Positions 1 through 15,493 of a DNA stretch of 64,000 nucleotides are shown here, in pieces. Position 1 is the first letter of the stretch. Every line of letters begins with the position of its first letter. A program made the position numbers and the translations under genes. The notes below the pieces were generated by a model. That model saw only the letters and a program-made list of their open reading frames with translations. It had not been told where the DNA came from and searched no databases. The stretch is from contig OX597815.1 of NCBI GenBank assembly GCA_951406725.2, positions 69,006,001 to 69,070,000 on the forward strand. The letters run 5' to 3'. The stretch is from Octopus vulgaris (Eukaryota).

Positions 1-908
1 TTTCATCTGACCCATTTTAATGTTAGCACCATTTTAATGTCCACTGAAAAGGTGACAATAAAACACCACCACCCCTGCTAATAGTGATGATGGTGATAAT
101 GACAGTGATGGTGATTATGATGGTGATGGTGGTGATGGTGATGATGGTGTTGGTGGTGGTGGTGATGATATAGAGTAAAATGTAGTGTCTAACAAAAAAA
201 AAAAAATAATAATAAAGGAGCAACCAATGTCAACATATATTTTAGGAAGTCAAATTTTAAATAAAACTTTATGAAAATAACTTAATCTATAATGTTTTTA
301 GTTATTATAGAATTATAAGGGAAAACTTAAACAGCAAAAGGCTAATCTAGATAATTTGAAAGATCAGTGATGTTGGCCTATTTTATAAATATCAAGCTCA
401 TATATAATGCATCATTCAATTCTGACCTTTAATTCTCGTGTAATTGTGTTTTTCTTTCATTCTTCATTATATATACACTGCTGTGATGATACATCGAACT
501 TAAACTATAATAATAAAGAAAATTGTGTTTCAAAGTAGAAACAGTTAGTATATGTCAGTGATGAGACATGGGTAATGAAACATACCTGTATTGTTATTGA
601 CTGTTTCTTGTGTCTCATCATCATCTTCTTCATTGTTTTAATGCCCTCTTTTCTATGCTTGCATGGGTCGGGTGGAGTTTATTGAAGTAGATTTTTTTTA
701 CCATGGCTGGATGCTTTTTGCTGTTACCAACTTCCCCCTGTTTCCAAATGAGGTAATGTTTCCCATGGTCAGATATGTTCTTCACAGTAAATTGGAAATG
801 AATGACGCTGCTCGTATGACAGTGACTCTCATTTACAGCTATCACATTATGTCAAGACAAGGGAACACAAATATACATACTCTCTCTCACACACACACGT
901 GCACGCAC

Positions 909-944
<36 letters not shown>

Positions 945-2203
945 CAAGCTTCTTTAAGTTTCTGTTTACCAAATCTATTCACGAGGCTTTGGTCAGCCTT
1001 GGACTATAGTAAAAGACACTTGTCCAAGGTACTACTGAACCTGAAATCATGTGGTTGGGAAGCAACCTCATAGTCAGTCATGCCACATCTGTCTGACAAT
1101 ATCATTTCCTCCCTGTTGAAGGAAATATCAACAGGAAGAAATCCCAATATTGTGGGACTGCTTATAGTGAATCTCAACTTGTTATGGAGAGATCCCCAGG
1201 ACCATCCTCTATGGCACATGTAGAATGTAATGAAATGACAACAGACAGTCAGCCCATCTGGCAATGTCCCCTAAAGTCAATTAAAATGTTATTTACAACA
1301 AACATTACTGTTGTCTACAACTGCTTGAAATGAGGTTGGTTGTATTTACTATGGGCTGTCTTCCTCAACCTTACTGCCATGATATGTGTGTGTGTGTGTG
1401 TGTGTGCATGTGTGTTTGTATGTTTAAAACCTACATTGGTCTACAGTTAAAATGGCATCAACATTTCCATCTCAGTCACTAATGGTGATGCCACCATTTT
1501 ATGGTTGGACTGTCAAACAAATTACCCACTAGCTCTCTGCTTTCAAATTCCTCTTGCATAAAATAATCCCTTACTTAAAAAAAAGTTAAAGGTTGTTGTT
1601 AGGAAGAGCATCCAACCATAAATATCCTACTTCAAACACCTCACATCTAAGCCGGGGGGGGGGGGATAGACATTAAAATAAGCTGACAAACAAATGAAAC
1701 ATAAACATGGATAGAACATATATAAAAGTAGATGTTATAATTGATTGTGAAAGGATGAGAATAAAGACAATGAAGGTGATGAAAATAATGATAATGGTAA
1801 AAGTTAAAACTGAAGAACTGTTGAAATTTATCAAGCCAATAATCAAGGTTTTCATGTGTTAAAAGCATAACACCAGAGATTTCTATAGGACTCATAGGAG
1901 TCCCTGACTCTTAATGGAAACATTTATTAAATTACATCTTTACACACACACACTTGCTTTATTCTGATTAACATAACACAATAGAAAAGATTTAATTTAG
2001 CATTTGGCTACCATCTTCCTACAGCTGTCTTTGTCCTCTCCTTCCCTTACTTTTTGCTCCCTATGAAAGTTACTTTTATTCTGCAATCAGCCACATGAAA
2101 AAATAAGGAACCATTTTCACTTCACTTGTGAAAAGAAAGATTTGATTCTACAGTTGAATAAAACTCCTCTAACTCCTGGCTTCTATTTTCAGAACCTTTC
2201 CTT

Positions 2204-2244
<41 letters not shown>

Positions 2245-2480
2245 AATTACAACTGCAATACACTAAAATTGGGTCAATACATTTGAGTAGGAATTTTTGG
2301 CACCACCACCACCACCACCAAAAAGGAAATCACAGTACAATAAAATTACTGGAATTTATGTCTATAGTCTCTGTTGCCATTGACTGCTCAAATAAACACA
2401 GTTATATGTAAGAATTCATATATGCTCTGGTTATATTGTTCATACAATTCTACATTAAATATATATACATTTATATATAT

Positions 2481-2680
2481 AGTTAATCCAAACATGAACA
2501 AAGAGAAAACACAATACGAGGGCGTGGAACAAGTATAGTGTTATTGGATGCTAAGGAAAGGAAAGAAAGGAGGATTTAATGTTTCGAGCGGAGCTCTTCG
2601 TCAGAAACATAGAAAAAGGAAAGGTCTAAGGAAGGGAAGATAGAGAAAGAAAATTACCAACGATACACACGCGGTCACAT
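2481..2680 (-). mobile_element. Short microsatellite-anchored element with a minimal hammerhead ribozyme motif (copy 1)
   Basis: The minus strand of 2571-2610 reads GUUU-CUGACGA-A-GAGC-UCC-GCUC-GAAAC-AUU-AAAU. The element abuts a TA tract. Confidence 0.7.
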
Positions 2681-3675
2681 TAGGTACAGTGTGACTAAAT
2701 GGTTAAGTAGTTACTCTGCAGTCAAAGGCCCTAGATTTGACTCCATTGTATGATATCTTGGGAAAATGTTATTTTGTATAGCTTTGGGCCAATCCATATC
2801 TTGTGAGTGAAATTAGGTAGATGGAAACTGTATAGGAGCCCTTGGGTGGATTGTACCTAGAATTCACATTCTACTTGAGAATTACATTAAGGGTACATAT
2901 GTGTCTGGGGAATACTCAGTCACTTACATATCAATTCAGGGGCAGGTAATTCAGGCGATTGAAAACTGAATCCTCATCACAAAGATCCACCATCACCACA
3001 ACTATCATCTCTACATTGAATGAATATATATGGTACCGAGATGGCTGTGTGGTTAAGAAGTTTGTTTCACAAACGATGTGATTCCAGGTTCCATTCCTCT
3101 GTTTGGTACCTTGGGGTAATCTTCTGTTATGATCTCAGATTGTGCAATGCTTTGTGAATAAAATTTGATAGATGGAAACAAGGTTTACTATCAGCAGCAT
3201 TTCAATGTCCAGTTTTTTATGCCTGCATAGATCAGATAACATTTATTGAGGCAGATGCTCTTTCTGTCCCCAACCCTCTCCTGTTTTCAAGCAAGATAAT
3301 ATTTCTCCATGGCCAGACATGTTCTTGCAGGATACCGGAAATGAACAGCACTGCTTGTATGACTAACAATCATTTTGAAACTTTCACACAATGTCAAAAC
3401 AAGGAGACACACACGCACATGCACGCGCACGCACACGCACGCGCACGCACACGCACAGACACATACACACACACTGAGTTTCTTTCAGTTTCTGTCTACA
3501 AATCCACTTACATGGTTTTAATCAACCCACGGCTATAGTAGGAGACATTTGTCCAAGCTGCCATACAGTTGGACCAAATTCAGGACCTTGTGGTTGGGAA
3601 GCAAACTCATTATACAACACAGCTATGTCTGTACCAATTGCTTGTATAAATTAATAAAATTGATAAAAAGAATAC

Positions 3676-4250
3676 AGTGAATTTGCTGTGGGAGGTGGAA
3701 AATCCAGTGTTCTGGATAGAGTCCTTCTTCATGAAAACATTGATGGGAGAGAAATTGAGAGACTGGATCCAGTGTATCATTTGGTTGGCAGGCCTTAATC
3801 TTCTTCTTGAGATAGCATTCATCCGGGGTGGGTTGAGCTGGCTTCATCCTCAATGCTGCATCTCTCACAAACGTCAACCAGGCCTGTGATCTCCAACCAC
3901 TTCTTATTCCAGTGGCAAATGTCACAGACATGGGAGCCTAGGTTGGGTTCCAGATCAGCCTTGACTGTCATCAGCCAGGTTTTTCGTTGTCCACCACATC
4001 GTTTTCACCAACCCTGAAGTGGAGCTGGGGCAATTGCTTCATAGATGAATTCTCCTGGTTAACAACGGAGGGCATGATCCAACCAATGCAGACGTCTTGT
4101 TAGGATGACTTGTCAGAGGGAGGTGATTTTGCACTGGTGTTGCACCGAATTGTTGGAGACAAAGTGATACCATCGGACACAAAGGATGCGGCGTAGACAG
4201 AGGTGATCAAAGGACTCTAGTCACTTAATATACTAGGTTAGCAAGCCCCT
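3676..4250 (-). mobile_element. Probable 5' portion of a LINE (5'UTR plus start of the AP-endonuclease)
   Basis: Higher-GC, non-SINE block. The minus-strand EHWIFH resembles the QEHR(I/F)xH endonuclease motif. Heavily decayed. Confidence 0.4.
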
Positions 4251-6811
4251 TATGCTAATTAACCCATAGCTGGGACCTTAACAGGTGCTGCGACTCTGGA
4301 TCGAAGTAGACCTGGGAACAATAGTGGCTAAGACATTGTTTCACAAAGCCCTGGAATTCCCAAGTCAGGGACCCACTACCAGATGCAGTTTAAAGTCATG
4401 ACCACAACAAAGTGCTGTTGGGAATAGCAGTGCTGCTGCAGTTGTTAAGAGAAGTATTGAAGTAGAGATATTGCAAGTAATGATTGTTGTCGATGTTGTT
4501 GAGTCACAGGTCATCCTTGATTAAACAATGAATGACTGATTGAATATATCCAACCTTATTGTTGAGGTTTATGGAACCTCAGATCCAACCACCACTTTTC
4601 ACCACACACACACTGCAGTCTTGTGCTGCAGTCACAGACTCTTCCAGTAGACCTTGACATCATCACCTCATTTTTGCCTTTGTCACTAGGTATCACTAAA
4701 GAGCTCATAGAAGGGAGGGAGACAAACACAATTTGATCATATGAAAACTCACTTTTTGCTTGATCATTTTCATGTCAAAATACATGTTTTCTGTGGACAG
4801 TTATATATCATTCAAAAGTTCTGGGTGTGGACTTTCTTCTCATATAATTTTGGTCAAAATCTGACTCTTACATATCATGCCCGGTTTCCCCAATTACTTT
4901 GGTATTCCCACTAATTCATAAAGTTTGTCCTGTTTTTGTTTTTTTATTGCTGAACTATAGCCCTCATTCTAATTCAATACGCTGGAGCACTATAACTTGA
5001 GTTGTGTTAAAAATGATAGTCCTGAAGAGGACTGTTTTTGCTTTATTTTGATATAAAAATTGACGGGGGTTGGTCAGATAATCATTATGAATTATAAGAG
5101 GGAAAATTTTATCATTAATTTTCACTTAGAAAAGAACATATTTCTTTCAAGATTTCTACCATAAGAAAGAAACATTTCTTGTGAATTTAATATGGCCATT
5201 ACTAAATCAGGCAATGTGATGGCATAAAGTGCAACGTCAATAAAAAGGGTTGCTTGTGTAGGATTAATGTATACTAACACTACTTGTCAAACTGATGTAT
5301 TCCTGTGTGGCAAGAACAGAAATGGAACATGAATTCAAGGCTTCAAATATTGAGTTTGCGCCAAAATTTCAAGGAATAGATGAACTAATTGCTAAGTAAA
5401 CATATATTTCTATGAAAAATGCATTAATTTGAGCCACATAAGTTGTCTAGAACCCAAAATTATCACGAAATTGTTGTATTGAGGATATAGTTTATTCTCT
5501 CTCACTGTTTTAGCAATGTATGGAGAGCAAGGTTCAAATTTTACCACGCAGATAGCCTTGCATTTGTAAATTTCATTTTTCTTTGAAAAATATTGGTTAA
5601 ATTTTGCCAATGAAAAATTATATTGTGCAAGGAATATTATTTTGTAGACTATTAAAGTCCAAAGTGATGGTGTGGTGGCTTTTGTTTTTTTCTCTGGATT
5701 TTGAAACCACCTTTATTCACCTTTCTGTAACTTGAGGATACAACCTGACACCTCAGCACCAGCTTCTCTCCTTTTTTAATCAAGGTAACCATGTATCTCC
5801 TTTACAGGAAGACATTTATTTCTGTCCCTCTATCATACTTCAAATTCTTGGCAACTGACATAAAAGCCACCTTACCTGAATACTCCTCCTCCACTCAGCT
5901 GAGAGGTTCTTGCCTTGTGAGTTACTTGGTGATCTCACTAGTTCTGGTGTCATATAAAAAACACTTAGTAAACTCTGTAAAGTGGTTGGTATCCAGCTGG
6001 AGAAACTGGACATTAATTGCACATAAGAATGATAATTATATATGTGTACAATCAGTTGAAGAAGAGAAAGAAGTGGTGATGTTCCTCATTGTCTGATTGT
6101 TTGACCTCATGGCAAAGGATGAAGAGAGGTGGTTGTATGTTTGACTGCAGATTCATCCTATCCATGTTGGTTTGGTAAAATAGACATGTTGATGGTGGTT
6201 GTAGTGATGATGATGATGATGATTGTTTCTAATTTAGATACAGGGCCAGCAATTTTGAGGTAAGGGGATTAGTTGATACTACTACTACTACCACTACAGC
6301 TGCGCTCAAGTAGATTTGTTGTCAAAGAATTTCCACTCATGACCATCCTGTTTTCCTGTTAGACTACACTACATTTTACAATGGGTTCTCCATTTGAGAT
6401 GATAAAATGTGATTAGAAGGAAATTTGGCTGCTATTTTTAGCAAGTTGAGCAAGGCTGCAGGTTCTTCCTGTATCTAAATGATGTAACAAAATTTCTCAT
6501 GATTATTTCTTTTTTTCTTCTTCTTGTTTCAGTCATTAGATTGGCCTTGCTGGAGCACTGCCTTGAGGAATTTTAATGAAACTAATTGATCCCAGTACTT
6601 ATTTTTTCTTTAAGCCAGTTGTCAAGTGGTGGTGGGGGACAAACACAGACACCAAGGCACATGCTTGCTATGATCGGCTTCTTTTAGCTTCTGTCTACCA
6701 AATCTGCTCATAAGGCTTTTGTTAGCCCAAGGCTATAGTAGAAGACACTTGCCCAAGTTGCCACACAGTGGGAGTGAACCCAGAACCATGTGGTTGGGAA
6801 GCAAGCTTCTT

Positions 6812-7030
6812 ATTTCTTTATTGCCCACAAGGGGCTAAACATAGAGGGGACAAACAAGGACAGGCAAAGGGATTAAGTCGATTACATTGACCCCAGTGTG
6901 TAACTGGTACTTAATTTATCGACTCCGAAAGGATGAAAGGCAAAGTTGACCTCGGCAGAATTTGAACTCAAAACGTAATGGCAGATGAAATACCGCTAAG
7001 CATTTCACCCAGCATACTAACGATTCTGCC
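6812..7030 (-). mobile_element. Family B SINE inserted into the head of a family A SINE
   Basis: CTTCTTA is duplicated on both sides and the host sequence resumes afterwards. Other family B copies at 24988-25200, 28425-28570, 51680-51900 and 58395-58800. Confidence 0.8.
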
Positions 7031-7719
7031 TTCTTACCACACAGACACATTTTTGTGAAATATTTTTATTGAAAGCTGTTAAATACTTTACTATGTAGTA
7101 AATGAATTCCATCAAAGGTACCTTGGAAAGATCCTAGGAGATTCTGAGAAGAGTGAGGTTCAAGACCATTGCAAGAGAATGTAGTAGAGCACCAAATCTG
7201 CCTGGTTGGCCACATTCTCTGTCTAGCTAATCAATGGTACTCAAAAGCTGTCATAATTGCAATACCACCTGTTTGTAGGCATCAAAGGGGCAGGCTGAAG
7301 ATCAATTGGTTGTGGATATTTCCAGATGACCTGGAGACAATCATCATTATATAGAATAGATGTGCAAGTGTAGTTGCTGACCAAATCCAGTGGAGACACT
7401 TGTTGGCCAATGTAGTGAGCAGTGCAAGAGGACAGCATTTAAAAAGCAAAACTTTTATAACTTATAAACTTTTTGTTGTGGCAGACATCCCCAAGTGATA
7501 AGTGGGCTGTTCCACTACTGATAAATGGTGGACAGACACAGCAAGCAGTATCAGTCAGTGAGTCATGTAGACGATGAAATTATGTCGTCATAATGCAGGA
7601 CATATCAGGGGCAATGAGGAGCTGAACTACATGCAGTGGCAGATAAGACTAACTCAGAACTGAACTACACACAGTGAAAAATAATATGCACACAGTGAAA
7701 AATATATATATGCACTCAA

Positions 7720-8530
7720 TGGTATTCCTCCCAGGATTGTTGATGCTAATAGAGCACTATACCAAACACCACTGCCACAGTCATCTCCTGATGGAGAGAC
7801 TGATTTATTTGAAGTTGAAGCATGTGTTCTGCTGGGTGACACACTTGCTCTTCTCTTGTTCATCATTGTTATCGACTATGTTCTATGCATTTCCCTAGAC
7901 AGTATGGAGGAAAAGGGACTCCTTTTGAAACCCCGCCAGAGCAATTGGCATTATGCACAATATTTAACTGATCTTGACTTTCCTGACAATCTTACCTTGA
8001 TATCTCATTGTATTAAAGATGCAGAATCTTTGTTATAAGCACTGGAGGAAGCAGCAAACCAGTTCGGCTTTTGCTGCAACGAGAGTAAGACAGAGTGTAT
8101 CACGATCTCCTCCAAGTTAATTGAACCTAAATATATCAATCAAAAATGTTGATGACTTCAAATATCTTGGATCACACATAGTAGACTCCCAAAAACTCTG
8201 CAAAGCTCTTGCTTGGGATGCATGTAACAGACTTGATAAGATCTGGTACTCGAACCTTTCACCCACGTTTAAAAGTTAAAATATTTAGAACACTGATTGA
8301 GCTGGTCCTTCTCTATGGATCAGAGACCTGGACCTTACTGGCTGTCTTAGAAAAACAACTAGATGAAACATATACCAACCTGCCCAGAAAGATACAGAAA
8401 ATCAGTTGGAGATCACACCCAACACTTAGTAACCTCTATGGAAATCTGATACCAATATCCCTCAAGCTAAAGCAGAAATGGCTACAATTTGCTGGCTACT
8501 GTCATTGAGCAGAGAAAGAGATCTCATCCC
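7720..8530 (+). mobile_element. Decayed non-LTR retrotransposon reverse transcriptase (RTE-like clade)
   Basis: Across frameshifts: SPDGETDLFEV...GDTLALLLFIIVIDYVL...LTDLDFPDNL (FADD position)...VDDFKYLGS...LLYGSETWTL...LQFAGYCH. Sequence 7140-7650 may be its 5' part. Confidence 0.88.
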
Positions 8531-9214
8531 TTCTGCCTTGTTTAGAAACATTTGGGATTGTTGACAGGAGAAGCATCCAGCCATAGAAAACTTTGCCTCA
8601 GCATACTCTTGCCTGACCCATGCAAATATGGAAAATCATACATAAAGTGATGATGATGGAATAGTAAAGAGACTAGCAAGCTTGCTTGCTATACTGTGCT
8701 GGAGAAACATTTTTGTTCTCAACCACAGCATATTGCCAGTTGTTTCGATTCTTCAACATCTTCTTTGTGAGGCTTAACATCTGAAGATCATTTCTCACCA
8801 CTTCATCCCATGTCTTCCTGGGTCAGTCTCTTCCATAGGTTCCTTCCACATTTAGAGATTGGCACATCTTCATTCAGCTCTCCTCATCCATATGCATCAC
8901 ATGGCCATACCAGCACAGTCTTCTCTCTTGTGCACTACAACAGCTGCCTCTTATACCCTATTTCTCTCTCAAAACATTTACGCTTTGTTGAGGTGTTCGC
9001 ACACACATATATTTTATATTTTGCTTGTTTCAGTCATTGGACTGCAGCCATGCTTGGAACACTACCTTGAAGGGTTTAGTCAAACAAATTAATCTCAGTG
9101 CTTATTTTTTTAAAGTCTTGTACTTACCTTATCGGTCCCTTTTGCAGAAACCAACACTGGTTGTCAAGTGGTGGGGTAGGACAGACACAGAGACACCCCT
9201 TCCCTACCTCACAT

Positions 9215-9362
9215 AAATTTATTATTCATTAACAAGAATGTTGTTGACAGTGACTATAAAGTTTCAGTTAGGTAAGCTTTGTCAGCCGGCTGACAAATAG
9301 CTTAGCTAGCCAAAACTTTGAAGTCACTGTCAACACCATTCTTGTTCAAGAATAATAAATTT
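9215..9362. repeat. 148-bp imperfect palindrome (fold-back MITE-like)
   Basis: AAATTTATTATTC..AACAAGAATG.TGTTGACAGTGACT..TTTGTCAGC|CG|GCTGACAAA..AGTCACTGTCAACA.CATTCTTGTT..GAATAATAAATTT. Confidence 0.85.
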
Positions 9363-9413
9363 GTATTCTACAAAAGTATCAGATTAATGTAAAATTGTTT
9401 TTATTATATCATA

Positions 9414-9824
9414 GGTGCAGGAGTGGCTGTGTGGTAAGTAACTTGCTTACCAACCACATGGTTCTGGGTTCAGTCCCACTGTGTGGCACCTTGGGCAAGT
9501 GTCTTCTACTATAGCTTTGGGCCAACCAAAGCCTTGTGAGTGGATTTGGTAGATGGAAACTGAAAGAAGCCCATCATATATATATATGTATGTGTGTGTG
9601 TGTATGTATATGTTTATGTGTCTGTGTTTGTCCCCCTAACATCGCTTGACAACTGATGCTGGTGTGTTTATGTCCCCGTAACTTAGCGGTTCGGCAAGAG
9701 AGACTGATAGAATAAGTACTAGGCTTACAAAGAATAAGTCCTGGAGTCGGTTCACTTGACTAAAGGCGGTGCTCCAGCATGGCTGCAGTCAAATGACTGA
9801 AATAAAATAATAGAATAAAAGAAT
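9414..9824 (+). mobile_element. tRNA-derived octopus SINE, family A, well-preserved copy
   Basis: A-box TGGCTGTGTGG, B-box GGTTCAGTCCC, internal TA/TG microsatellite and a GAATAAAA tail. Many other copies, e.g. 35035-35445, 6520-7045, 48885-49280. Confidence 0.9.
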
Positions 9825-10604
9825 TACAGATTTCAGAACAATAATATATTAGTAAAGAAAAAGATTGACTTGTAATCCAACAGAGAAAAGAATTTTGATT
9901 GTTAATCATCAAAAATTATCCAGATATTTCATTAGCAACTTCAGTTACAATTGGGTCAAAGTTGAAGAAAATTTTCTTGAAAAAGAAAAACAGTTACTGT
10001 CACCTGACTGTTTCAAACTCTCTCAACCTGAACACCAACAATTCTGCCCAATTTTTACTCCCAGTAATGATGTGATACTCGCAATATAACAGTTTCAAAC
10101 AAATAGAGAAAACAATAACAAAAAAACCCCAGAAATTACTCATTTTACTCTACTTACCCATTTTGCCTCATCCCCTCTCTCTATATATATATGATGGGCT
10201 TCAGCATGGCTTTTGTCCACCAAATTTACTTACAATGCATTGGTCAATCTGGGGCTATAGTAGAAGACCCTTGCCCAAGGAGCCATGCAGTGAGGCTGAA
10301 CGTCAGAGCACCTGGTTGGAAAGTGAACATCTTAATCATACAACCATACCTGCACCTAAGCTTAAGATGCATTGACCTTTACTAACTAATATGAAATAAT
10401 GTGATTGCAACTCAAATTCTTTGACAAACACTAAAAGAGCAGAGCAAGGCTGAGAAAGTTGAAGATATAGCAAACCTACTCAAAAATTAACTTAAAATTG
10501 GTTCCTCTATGAATTTTTAACAAATGTATTCCTAAATTAACAAGCAAATTAGTTCTGTTTTCTTGGTTAATAGATTTATTGTAATCCCATAAGTATGTCA
10601 GCTT

Positions 10605-10608
<4 letters not shown>

Positions 10609-10679
<71 letters not shown>
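10609..10679. repeat. (AG)n microsatellite, about 35 units
   Basis: Perfect AG repeat. Confidence 0.97.
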
Positions 10680-10681
<2 letters not shown>

Positions 10682-11630
10682 CCACCTCTTATACATTCAT
10701 ATATAAATGGAAAAAAGTGTAGACTTGAAGTTTTGTTAAATTCTTAACAATAAATGTTCTGAAGAAGATTTAACTCAGAATGAGCCTTGGTTACTTACTG
10801 GTATGTCTTTCCGAAAAGAGGAAAAGGAATCAAAATAAATCTAACAAATACCCTTTTGATTTCCCTATGTAAATTTTTCTTTCCTACTGGGTACCAAAGC
10901 TTTCCTTCTCATCTCATCTCATTTATTTGCCATTTCAGGAGCTGTTTGTATCTTAATATTTTATCAAATTAACCAGTTTAAATTTATGCATATTTAGAGA
11001 ATACTGTGAGAGCAAGAAGAGTAAAGCTTATAGTGAGTTTAAACCTATATGACAAAGTTTCAGTTCTTAGTTGAAGCTGTTTCAGTTCATAAGCATTACT
11101 TAGTGCCATTTAGAAAGACGTGAAGGTTGCAACATCTTATTACGTCGCCTCCACCCCACTCAACTCTTAATTTAAGACTGAGTGTTGTGTTTAGTTTAAA
11201 ACAAAATCTATACATGAGTAAAGGTTGTAAACCCTTAATCCTTAACGTAAACCTTTCTGGTGAAGACGAACGATGTAAGAGAAAAATTAAAGAACTACTA
11301 CTACTACTACTACTATGATCAACAACAACAACAGTAGTAGTAGTTGTAATAATAAATAAATAAATAAAGACAACGAACGAGACCAGAAGTGATGCAGTAA
11401 GTGAAATCGATAAGTTAGAATCGAATGCTGATAGAGAGTGGTATGAGGGGAGGAAGGGAGCGAGGAAGAACGTTGGCGACGGTAGTGGGGGTAAATGGAG
11501 GGGTGCAGAAAGCTTGTGGAGTGGAGGAGACAGTCGGAAGCATCTGCTTCGTGGTGGTGCTTGGCATTCCTTGGACTAATATTTCTCACAGAGCTCGTGA
11601 TTTCCAGATATTACTAGAAATGCAGAGAGA

Positions 11631-11660
11631 ATGCGAGCAGTAATGCCGATGTCACCGCAG
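11631..11660 (+). CDS. NEDD4: Candidate alternative first coding exon of NEDD4 (MRAVMPMSPQ)
   Basis: In-frame TGA at 11598-11600, ATG at 11631, 30 nt to CAG|GTAGGG (phase 0). Lies at the end of a CpG-containing, repeat-poor segment resembling a 5'UTR (about 11100-11660). Confidence 0.5.
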
Positions 11661-12509
11661 GTAGGGAATTCAGGATTAATTATTTCTCTTCTGCTGCCCT
11701 TAATTAATTAAGCACGCTATCGCTATCATTGTTATTATTATTGTTATCTTAAGTGTTCCCGGTTATGGAGATATTCCGCTCCACTTAAGCCGTGTCTAAC
11801 ATTCGAATTTGTCACGAATATCCACTATTAAATTTCAGTAATCTTATATTTAAAGAAGGTTTTAGTTTCCTTCAAGAACCAATTAGGGTATCAGCATATT
11901 TCTGACGGGATTCAAATGGAAAATTGTAGTAGAGTAGAGAACTGAACCTTTATCATTGTTATATCTTATCATCAGTTGCAGAAGAATCACAGCAGAAAAC
12001 TTGCTCCCTTCGTTTCTTATATTAACTCCCTCCGTAATGTTTTAGAAAGAAAGGTTTGTTAAATGTAAATTTTAACTGAAGCGGTAGGTTTGCGAACAAT
12101 TGAAATTTAAGTCATCCTAAATTTGATTTATTTTTGTGTATGTATGTGTGTATAATTATGATTTTACTCTATTTATTTAGATTATAAATATGATGACCGA
12201 AATATAATGGATATTTTGCTGTTCTCAATAAACTGCTACTGTATAAATCCGTTATTTCCTCCGTGCTACATCGAAACCCAGCTGTTCTTGTAAGAAAGAA
12301 CTGGGTTGCAGCTATACCTTTAACAGAAAATGTATTCCATCTTTTTTTTTTTTTTTTTCACATTTCAAGGCTTTCAATAAAACATTTCCGCGTTAGTTCT
12401 CACTCTATTTCCCCTAACTTTCTCTCTCTGATGTGTGTGTCTAAATTAATCTATTTGTATATATACGTTATTACATATGCGCGCGTGTGTGTGTGTGTGG
12501 ATCTATAAA

Positions 12510-14060
<1,551 letters not shown>

Positions 14061-15493
14061 TGCCCTAGCTTATTGAAAATGCTGTACACTCAAACTCTTA
14101 CCCATCCTTTCAACCACTCATTTCTGTCCTTCCTATTGCCTTCCTTCCGTCCTCCTCAGTCTACATGTCTTTTTTATGTTACTAAGTATTCTATATTTAC
14201 TTTGTACAAACCACCCTCTCCTCTCTTGTGCTAGTACTATCTGGAACCACCCAGCCCTACATCTTTTCCCCAACAGGTGTTTGCTGAGCAAAACAAGCTC
14301 TCTGGTATTGGTGCCTGGAAAAATTCACCCAGTACATACTAGAAAGTGGTTGGTAAATGGGCTCAGTGTGCAGTTAGTTTCCTGGGGCCACACAGATTTA
14401 GGGGCCCAATTCTGATTTATATTTGCTGTGGCCTGCTGTCTATAAATGAATACTATAGTGCCAAGTGCATTGAATGCCGCAGGGTGGATACATTGCTGCT
14501 AAGTCGGCCCTGTTTCTAAGAAGTATCCAACCTCTCTTGTGTTGGTGTCAGGAGAAAATGCACCCAGTACATTCTGTAAAGTGGTTGGCAATAGGAATTG
14601 CATCTAGCAACAGAATCTGAGCTAAATGACATGTATGAGCACCAAGTCTTTGGGCGCTGTAGATCTTAGTAAAATAGGACTCTGACCGTAAAGAGCAGCT
14701 CAGCCAATGCCACTATGGAAAGTGGACGTTAAATGATATGATGTTGATTCTGTCTGTCTACTCCTCAATGTCTATCTGTGTGTGTGTATGTACACACACA
14801 CATATTTATCTTTGTGTGTGTGTGTCTGTGTGTGTATACATATTTGGTATAACAGTATATTTTATTGCAAACGGTAGAAATTACAATCTGACTTCGTTCA
14901 CGCAACTTTCGGAACTTGAGACACTTTTGTGACTTCTGCTTTTAAAATAATAAAACGCACACATTACAAGCATACTTACATACACACACACACGAGAGTA
15001 TTTATGGCGAATTAATGCGAGAGCACTTGTACCTTGACTAAATTTTCATTTGTACCTATCATCATAGGTGTATTAGCCTATGTAGCTATAGATTTACATA
15101 CACCAAGGAGTCCATTCACATGACACACCCTATCTAAGCGACCAACCATAAATTCTTTTCATAGATTACTAACACACCATTCATTGGCTTTAAAAAAAAT
15201 CCCTTTTCTATCCGTATTCACTCATAACAACTACAGGCAACCCTGCCTTTACTTCCTTCTTTCCTTCAATCATATCCCATTTCTACTCAGTTTTTCTCTA
15301 GTTTCACTTACAATCTCCCTACGCCTTTACCGTCCTTTCAAACCTTTTATCATTCAATACTCGAAACTGACATACATTTTAACCGATTCAAAAATTACCT
15401 TAGAAAACAAAAGTCTAAACTCAAAACAAATGGTATTTATTTTTGAAATCATTATTTCTTTACGTATATATATGTTATTTGTAACATTGTGTC

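Noticed and set aside
8530-8660. Shared 3' tail linking the LINE to the SINE family
   Set aside because: The RT frame appears truncated before its normal end, so the tail is more likely a separate adjacent SINE fragment.
11425-11643. 72-aa ORF as a stand-alone gene
   Set aside because: No recognisable homology; better explained as 5'UTR or uORF of the candidate 11631 exon.
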